From: Ktedonobacterales bacterium
Lineage (GTDB): Bacteria > Chloroflexota > Ktedonobacteria > Ktedonobacterales > JADMIN01
Direction: 5' to 3'
Assembly (NCBI GenBank): GCA_030167145.1
Contig: CP126532.1
Coordinates: forward strand, 3,810,001 to 3,842,000
Length of the DNA: 32,000 nucleotides
A program made the position numbers and the translations under genes. The number at the start of each line of letters is the position of its first letter. Position 1 is the stretch's first letter. Below are positions 25,682-32,000 of the stretch, piece after piece. Below the pieces are notes generated by a model. It searched no databases, was not told the DNA's origin, and saw only the letters and a program-made list of their open reading frames with translations.

Positions 25682-26065
25682 ATGGCGCAAGACGAAGATC
25701 CCAGATCGCTTGGCTCGGCGGCGGAGGCTGAGCGACCCATTGGCGAGCTGGTAGATCGCATTGACAACCCTGGCGGGGAGCTGAATGTCGGCGACGAGAC
25801 GCCGGGCGCTGAGGCGGCTATCGAGGCGAGCGAGATGGTGCGCGAGATGCCGTTCCGCACCGACGCGGAGGGCAGTTTTATTCCGGGCGCGATGCGCGAT
25901 AGTCTCAAAATCGCGCAGGGGCAGGCCGCTGGCGCGGCACACCTCAGCGGCGAGCGCATCTCGAACCTGCTCTATGGCGCGACGGAGATTCGCAAGCATA
26001 CGTCGCCCTACGATGCGAGCTATGCGCCGAATTACGGCGATGCGACGCGCGTCCGCGACGAATAA
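25682..26065 (+). CDS. Hypothetical acidic protein (127 aa)
   Basis: Strong G/C third-position bias in this frame and a GAAGGGAA RBS upstream. No recognisable motif. The overlapping minus-strand ORFs are Arg-rich shadows. Confidence 0.55.
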   Translation: MAQDEDPRSLGSAAEAERPIGELVDRIDNPGGELNVGDETPGAEAAIEASEMVREMPFRTDAEGSFIPGAMRDSLKIAQGQAAGAAHLSGERISNLLYGATEIRKHTSPYDASYAPNYGDATRVRDE

Positions 26066-26071
26066 CCCTGG

Positions 26072-26935
26072 CTATGAGGCAGCGCGGAGGGGCGGGGGGA
26101 CGAAGGCGGGGCGCTCAGCGGCGAAGCGCGGATAGTGCTCGCGGCTGAGTTCTAGCCCGCGCTCGGTCGCCCAGTCCCAGAAGGGGACGTAGTGCGTGCG
26201 CGCCGTCTGGTGTTCCAGCAGCATCAGTTCGGAGGCAAAGCTGTCGTCATCCAGGTAGCCGCTGTCGCGCCACGCCGCATAGAGCGGCTGGTGGTCATAC
26301 GGCACGGAGCGATGCTCGAAGCGCCACTGCGCCTCGGTGTTATCCCAGGTGAAGAGGCCGTACTGGGCGTTTACGTCGCCATTGAAGGGGCAGCCGGTCG
26401 CGCCGACGACCACGACATGCGTGCCCTGTACAGAACGCTCATAGGGGTAGTGGATGTGTGCGCCGATCACCGTCCGTTCCGTCACGCCCGCCAGCGCATC
26501 AGCTAACTGCGCATCGGTCTGCATGCGGCCCATGCCCTCGCGCGAGTGGCGCGGGCTGCCATGCACGATGCGCACCGGCTCCGCGCCGGGCAGCTCTAGC
26601 CGCAAGGTTGGCGGCAAAGATTCGATCCAGGCAACCCACTCTGGTGTGAGTTCGCCCGCTGCACGGCGCACCGGCGTCCACCAGGGAGTTTCCCAGGCGT
26701 CGGGCAGATTGACACCTTGCGCCAGTGAGGCGAGCCAGGTGTCGTGGTTGCCGCTGATGGCGGGGAAGCTGTAGGGCGCGATACGTTCGAGGACGGCGCG
26801 GCTCTGCGGCCCGCGATTCACGAAGTCGCCAGCGACGACGATGCGGTCGGGTCGCACGCGTTCGAGGTCGGCGAGGACGGCGTCGAGGGCTTGCAGGTTG
26901 CCATGGAGGTCGGCGAGGACGGCGAAGGTAGGCAC
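26072..26935 (-). CDS. Metallophosphoesterase (calcineurin-like / PPP-type phosphatase family)
   Basis: 287 aa with a GTG start 3 nt after the cyclophilin stop. Motifs LADLHGN, AGDFVNRG, GNHD, GAHIH. Confidence 0.85.
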   Translation of the reverse strand: MPTFAVLADLHGNLQALDAVLADLERVRPDRIVVAGDFVNRGPQSRAVLERIAPYSFPAISGNHDTWLASLAQGVNLPDAWETPWWTPVRRAAGELTPEWVAWIESLPPTLRLELPGAEPVRIVHGSPRHSREGMGRMQTDAQLADALAGVTERTVIGAHIHYPYERSVQGTHVVVVGATGCPFNGDVNAQYGLFTWDNTEAQWRFEHRSVPYDHQPLYAAWRDSGYLDDDSFASELMLLEHQTARTHYVPFWDWATERGLELSREHYPRFAAERPAFVPPPLRAAS

Positions 26936-26938
26936 AGG

Positions 26939-27451
<513 letters not shown>

Positions 27452-27507
27452 GTGGTATGTGCATTCCTCTCTGGTTCTGTTCATGGATGATGTGCTCGTT
27501 GCGCGGG

Positions 27508-27888
27508 TTAGCGCACGGCGAGCAGCTCTACGTCGAAAATCAGCGTCGCGTTGGGTGGGATGACGCCGCCCGCGCCGCGTGCGCCATAGCCGAGGTCCGG
27601 CGGGATAATCAGCCGCCGCTGGCCGCCGACACGCATGCCCGCGACGCCGAGATCCCAGCCTTTGATGACCTGGCCCTGGCCCAGGCCGAACTGGAAGGGG
27701 CTGTTGCGGGTGCGCGAGCTATCGAAGGGGGTGCCGTCGGTGAGCCAGCCGGTGTAGTGGACCGTTACCTGCTGCCCTGCTCGCGCTTCATCACCGCTGC
27801 CCGGCGCCACATCAATGTATTGCAAGCCGTTGGGCATGGCCGTTGGGGGGATATTGATGGGCGGAGGTCCGCCTTGTTGTCCTGCCAC
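27508..27888 (-). CDS. FKBP-type peptidyl-prolyl cis-trans isomerase
   Basis: [44 protein letters not shown]. Start placed at GTG 27888 ([15 protein letters not shown]...) because AAAGGAG lies 7 nt upstream; the track ORF extends to 27999. Confidence 0.88.
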   Translation of the reverse strand: MAGQQGGPPPINIPPTAMPNGLQYIDVAPGSGDEARAGQQVTVHYTGWLTDGTPFDSSRTRNSPFQFGLGQGQVIKGWDLGVAGMRVGGQRRLIIPPDLGYGARGAGGVIPPNATLIFDVELLAVR

Positions 27889-28002
27889 GCATCTGCTCCT
27901 TTGTTTTGTTGGCGGGCGTATATCAGCACACGCGCCGCGTATAGAGTAGGCCACATGCGCGGGCTGTATTGCAAACCGAACTGTGTGGCGGGGCGCCACC
28001 TC

Positions 28003-28827
28003 TCAGCGTTCGATAGTGGCGGGCGCGGGGGCGAGGGTGGGCTGGTCGGGTGGCGTGGCAAGCGCGGTGGCGGGGGTGGGGAGGGTGTCGTAGCGCCCCA
28101 GACGCGCATTGCGGCGGACGCGCAGCACATCGCGGGTCATGCCCCAGGTGTCGCGCAGAGGGGAGATGTGGCTGCTGGGCGCGTAATACCACTCGATGGG
28201 CACTTCGACGACGCGATAGCCCCAGCGCCTGGCGAGGTAGAGCAGCTCGACATCGAAGCCGAAGCCGGAGATAGTCTGCGCGGCGGCCAGACGGCGGCCA
28301 ATGTCGGCGCGCAGACACTTGAAGCCGCACTGGGTATCCTGTATGTCTGGCAGGACCGCCGCGCGGACCAGACCATTGAAGACGCGCCCCATGAGGTGGC
28401 GGTGCAGTGGCTCACCGTAGCGGTGGGCGGCTGGCCCTTCGCGGGTGCCGATGGCTAGCTCGGTCTGTGGCAGCAGCGGCAGGAATTTCGCTAGCTCGGT
28501 GACTGGCATGGAGAAGTCGGCGTCGCAGATGAAGCTGTATGCGCCGCGTGCGGCCAGCAATCCGGCGCGCACGGCGCTTCCTTTGCCGCCATGCTCGGCG
28601 CGTAGCAGGCGCAGCGCGGACCAGTGGCGGGCGCGGTGGGCGACAATGGCGGCGGTGGCATCGGTACTGCCATCATCTACCACCAGCACCTCGACCGCGA
28701 GGGGGTGGCGGCGGAAATAGCGGCGCAGCAGTCGCAGTGTGCGTGGCAGGCGCGCCTGCTCATTAAATGCCGGAATAATCAGCGAGAGCAGTGGCATGTC
28801 GGCGGCAGCATCGCTCGTTTGTGTCAT
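28003..28827 (-). CDS. GT2 polyprenyl/dolichyl-phosphate glycosyltransferase (Alg5/DPM1/GtrB-like)
   Basis: LSLIIPAFNE, VVDDGSTD, ICDADFS and DTQCGFK are typical of polyisoprenyl-phosphate hexosyltransferases. Start placed at ATG 28827, after GAGGAG. Confidence 0.85.
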   Translation of the reverse strand: MTQTSDAAADMPLLSLIIPAFNEQARLPRTLRLLRRYFRRHPLAVEVLVVDDGSTDATAAIVAHRARHWSALRLLRAEHGGKGSAVRAGLLAARGAYSFICDADFSMPVTELAKFLPLLPQTELAIGTREGPAAHRYGEPLHRHLMGRVFNGLVRAAVLPDIQDTQCGFKCLRADIGRRLAAAQTISGFGFDVELLYLARRWGYRVVEVPIEWYYAPSSHISPLRDTWGMTRDVLRVRRNARLGRYDTLPTPATALATPPDQPTLAPAPATIER

Positions 28828-28838
28828 TGCTCGCGCTC

Positions 28839-28862
28839 CTCGTGTCCGCGTCTCGTGTCCGC
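28839..28862. repeat. Direct repeat 2 x 11 bp (CTCGTGTCCGC, 13-bp period) in the GT2 5' leader
   Basis: Copies at 28839-28849 and 28852-28862. On the coding (minus) strand this reads GCGGACACGAG-AC-GCGGACACGAG, with the proximal copy running into the GAGGAG RBS. Confidence 0.85.
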
Positions 28863-29154
28863 TTGCGCTCGGCCTGGTGATAGTGCGCACCGTGCCATGC
28901 ATTAGTCGCATTCTAGCACGCCATGCGCTGTCGCGCCGCACCACCGGACTTCTCAGATAGCGATGGGCGATTGACCTAACCCCGGCTCGGTGGACATCCA
29001 TTGGCCAATTTTCGTAGGCATAATTACTTATCCGTGTGGTTATGCGTCACAGTATTGGTATCATTCGTGCCAGGATACCGCTTGGATGAGGTAGAGTGTC
29101 GCTGGCGGCACACGTCAGGCTGCCTATCGGTGGCTTTGGGGTTTCCGCGGCGGC

Positions 29155-30651
29155 ATGCCAGCCACAGGATGTGAACCCATGTCTGTTTTCCACGCTTTGC
29201 GTGGAGCGTTCACGGATCGAGCGCGCCAGTCGCCCTCCTTCAATGCCAACGCTCCGCATAGATCATCGCGAGACACCGTGACGCCCACACCGGCAGGTGG
29301 CGCCGCAGCGCTGCGGCCACGCCCGCTGGCGGCGCGGCGCATCGTCATCGAAGCCAGCGCCATGTGGCTGGCCACGCGGCTGGCGATGGTGGCGCTCACC
29401 TATTTTGCCGTGACGCTGACACCCGATGGACGCGCACACGGCTACGATACCACGACACTGCGCCACCTGCTCTATACGTGGAAGCAATGGGATGCGGTAT
29501 GGTACACGCAGATCGCGCACATTGGCTATACCCGGTTGTATACCACCGCGTTCTTTCCGCTCTACCCGCTGTTGATTAAAACGGTGACGCTGGTGATCGG
29601 CGAACATTGGTTGCTCGCGGCGATGATCGTCTCGAATCTCGCGGCGCTGGGCGCGTTCATTGGCGTAGGTCTGCTGGCGGCGAATGAATTTGACGGCGCG
29701 AACGCGAGCCAGCGCGCGATCCGTGTCTTTGCCGCCTATCCGCTGGCGTTCTTTCTGACCGCGCCGTACACTGAGGGCCTATTTATCGGGCTGGTGGCAT
29801 TTTCGCTGTTCTTCGCGCGCCGGGGCAACTGGCGCTGGGCGGCGCTGACGGCGTTTCTGGCGGCGCTGACGCGGCCAACGGGGATTATTTTGCTGCCGCC
29901 GCTGGTGTGGGAGTTTGGGCGGCAGCATGGCTGGTGGGCGGCGGTCGCGAGCCTGCCGGTGTGGAGGCGACTGCGCGTGGCGGTCGCACGATATTTGCCG
30001 GGCCGGCGGGGCGGGGGAGCGCCGGTTGGTGGCGCCACGCAGGCGGCGCGTGGGGGCGATGAGGAGGCGTCTGCATGGCGGAGCGCGTGGCGGCGGGCGC
30101 GGGCCAGCACGTTCGAGCGCGGCACGCTGCTGGCGCTGGCGCTGGTGGTGATCGCTGTGCCGTTCGGCATTGGCCTGTATATGGCGTATCTGAAGCTGAA
30201 GTACGGTCATCCCTTGCTCTTCCTGCACGTGCAGGAATATTTCTGGCACCGGCAAACCGTCGCGCTGTGGGAGAGCATTCCGCAGGCGATTCAGCAGTGG
30301 CTGAGCCTGCCGGGCTTGAGTTTCTGGCAATCACGCGGCCTGATTGACCTCGTGCCGCTGGCGGTCTGCGCGCTGGTAGCGCTGGTGAGCATCCGGCGGC
30401 TGCCGTTCGCGTTCACGCTGTATATGCTCGGTCTGATCTATCTAACAGTCCGCAGCCCGATCTTTGAGCCAGCGTATCCTGATATACTCAGTTCATCGGG
30501 GCGCTTCATGCTGGCTGCGATACCCGTCTTCCTCATCCTTGGTCAGTGGACACGGCGGCGTCCCGGCCTGGAGATGCTCTTGATAAGCGGCGGATTTCTG
30601 CTTCAGGCACTCTTTGCGGCTTACTTTCTGTCGGGAGGCTGGCTGGTCTGA
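29155..30651 (+). CDS. GT-C-type integral membrane glycosyltransferase, PIG-V/mannosyltransferase-like, paralogue 1
   Basis: 498 aa and multi-TM. WDAVWYTQIAHIGY...TAFFPLYPLLIK, PYTEGLF, LTRPTGI. ATG 29179 (MSVFHAL) is an alternative start. Carries an Arg/Gly-rich ~60-aa insertion relative to paralogue 2. Confidence 0.7.
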   Translation: MPATGCEPMSVFHALRGAFTDRARQSPSFNANAPHRSSRDTVTPTPAGGAAALRPRPLAARRIVIEASAMWLATRLAMVALTYFAVTLTPDGRAHGYDTTTLRHLLYTWKQWDAVWYTQIAHIGYTRLYTTAFFPLYPLLIKTVTLVIGEHWLLAAMIVSNLAALGAFIGVGLLAANEFDGANASQRAIRVFAAYPLAFFLTAPYTEGLFIGLVAFSLFFARRGNWRWAALTAFLAALTRPTGIILLPPLVWEFGRQHGWWAAVASLPVWRRLRVAVARYLPGRRGGGAPVGGATQAARGGDEEASAWRSAWRRARASTFERGTLLALALVVIAVPFGIGLYMAYLKLKYGHPLLFLHVQEYFWHRQTVALWESIPQAIQQWLSLPGLSFWQSRGLIDLVPLAVCALVALVSIRRLPFAFTLYMLGLIYLTVRSPIFEPAYPDILSSSGRFMLAAIPVFLILGQWTRRRPGLEMLLISGGFLLQALFAAYFLSGGWLV

Positions 30652-31937
30652 TGGGTGGTGACAACCGCATCGTGGTGGGCGTGCGGGGGGCGCGTGAGCG
30701 TCTCTGGCGCGGTTGGCGCATGCCGCCGACGCACGGGCGTCTGCTAGACGCCCCTACGGGTGGCGCGCCGCCGCTGATGTGGAGGGCGATTGCGAAAGAG
30801 GCGGCAGTCTATTGGCTGGCGAGCCGCGCGCTGCTGCTGGTCTTCACCTGGGTCGCGTTCTTGGTCGGTGTCCCCGCCGCGCAGGGCCAGCCCACCAGCG
30901 ATCCCGCGCTGCTGCTGCACGCCTGGCTGCATTGGGATGGCTATTGGTACGAGGGCATCGCGCGGCTGGGCTATTGGAATGGGCAGTCAACCGCGTTCTT
31001 TCCGCTCTATCCGTTGCTCATCGGCGCGGGGACGTTGCTGATTGGCGAGCAGAATCGCTGGTTTGCGGCGCTGCTGGTGGCGAACCTTGGCACGCTGGCG
31101 GCGTTCATCGGCATGGCGCTGTTGGCGGCCAATGAGTACGGCGCGCGGACGGCAGTCGGCACACTGCGCGCACTGGTGGTGTATCCCGCCGCGTTCTTTC
31201 TCGCCGCGCCCTATACCGAGGGCATTTTTCTTGGCTGCGCCGCGTTCGGCCTGCTCTTTGCGCGACGCGGCGCGTGGGGTTGGGCGGCGCTCTGCGTGTT
31301 GCTGGCGTGCCTCACCCGAATCACCGGCGTGATTCTAATTTTGCCGCTGGTGTGGGAGTTCGTCCGCCAGCAACGGCAGACTGGCCTGCCAGCGGATCGG
31401 CGGGGACGCTGGCGAGCGCTGGCGACGCTGGCGATGGTGGCATGCGCGGGGCCGCTGGGCATCGGCGTCTACATGCTATATCTCTGGGGCAGGTTCGGCA
31501 ACCCTACGATCTTTCTCAGCGTGGAGCAGGTGTACTGGGGGCACAACACGACGCCATTGTGGGATTCGCTGGCGCTTGCCGCCGCACGCTACGGCGCGAT
31601 CCCGCCATGGACGATGTCGCATGCGCTGATGTTGATCGAGGTGAGCGCGCTGCTGATCTTCGCAGTCTTCACGCTGGTGACAATGCGCCGTATGCCGTTT
31701 GCGTTTACGCTGTATATGCTGGGTCTGTTGTATCTCTGCGTCTCGTCGCCGATTCTCAAAGTTCCCGACATCTATCAATCGTCCGCGCGCTATCTGATCG
31801 TCGGCGCGCCGTTCTTCGTGCTGCTGGGGCGTGAGATGCAGTGCCGCCCATGGCTGGATTTCTTGGTGGTGTGTAGCGGCTTCTTGTTGCAGGCGGTGCT
31901 GCTGGCGAACTTTCTGGCGGGGAACTGGGTGTTATGA
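30651..31937 (+). CDS. GT-C-type integral membrane glycosyltransferase, PIG-V-like, paralogue 2
   Basis: ORF 30546..31937. An in-frame ATG at 30651 overlaps the upstream stop (TGATG). WDGYWYEGIARLGY...TAFFPLYPLLIG, PYTEGIF, LTRITGV, and the tail FLLQAVLLANFLAGNWVL versus FLLQALFAAYFLSGGWLV. Confidence 0.7.
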   Translation: MGGDNRIVVGVRGARERLWRGWRMPPTHGRLLDAPTGGAPPLMWRAIAKEAAVYWLASRALLLVFTWVAFLVGVPAAQGQPTSDPALLLHAWLHWDGYWYEGIARLGYWNGQSTAFFPLYPLLIGAGTLLIGEQNRWFAALLVANLGTLAAFIGMALLAANEYGARTAVGTLRALVVYPAAFFLAAPYTEGIFLGCAAFGLLFARRGAWGWAALCVLLACLTRITGVILILPLVWEFVRQQRQTGLPADRRGRWRALATLAMVACAGPLGIGVYMLYLWGRFGNPTIFLSVEQVYWGHNTTPLWDSLALAAARYGAIPPWTMSHALMLIEVSALLIFAVFTLVTMRRMPFAFTLYMLGLLYLCVSSPILKVPDIYQSSARYLIVGAPFFVLLGREMQCRPWLDFLVVCSGFLLQAVLLANFLAGNWVL

Positions 31938-32000
31938 GCGAACACATGCCGCCGCGCAGGCAGGTCACGCTGGCGACGGCGCAGGCGGCGACGTATCGCT
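31934..32000 (+). CDS. 5' end of an unidentified gene, translationally coupled to the GT-C pair (partial)
   Basis: ATGA overlap at 31934-31937. Open frame MSEHMPPRRQVTLATAQAATYR... runs to the window edge; too short to classify. Confidence 0.3.
   Translation, partial: MSEHMPPRRQVTLATAQAATYR

Overview
Gene-dense, high-GC bacterial chromosomal window. The taxon cannot be fixed from sequence alone; AGGAG-type RBSs, Pro/Thr-rich linkers and gene content would fit a high-GC monoderm such as Chloroflexota or Actinomycetota (low confidence). The backbone is housekeeping: rlmN (partial)-fmt, cdd, an RmlD-like SDR, a pyrF-pyrE-pyrD operon, panC, fabH, FKBP and cyclophilin PPIases, tRNA-Pro(UGG) and tRNA-Arg(CCG). 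Accessory content is interspersed. (i) A visibly lower-GC stretch directly 3' of tRNA-Pro is punctuated by two degenerate copies of the tRNA 3' end. It carries a methyltransferase, a truncated AAC(3) remnant and an ABM-fold gene. (ii) Two tandem paralogues encode an uncharacterised single-pass protein with a Cys-conserved ectodomain. (iii) A 62-aa CxxC...HxxH protein lies divergent from a 4-TM SPFH-like protein. (iv) An exactly 11-bp-phased TGACGC array abuts the tRNA-Arg promoter. (v) Right after tRNA-Arg come two tandem TIR-TM-ectodomain proteins, my top candidate for an undescribed sensor/defence module. They are followed by DedA, TerC, an orphan PhnD-like binding protein and a GmrSD-type (DUF262/DUF1524) type IV restriction gene. 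(vi) A GT2 polyprenyl-phosphate glycosyltransferase lies divergent from two translationally coupled PIG-V-like GT-C paralogues. No CRISPR array, transposase, integrase or rRNA was seen. Many long ORFs in the track are antisense or out-of-frame shadows typical of high-GC DNA. The track also accepts GTG/TTG starts, and several real genes start well inside the listed ORF.
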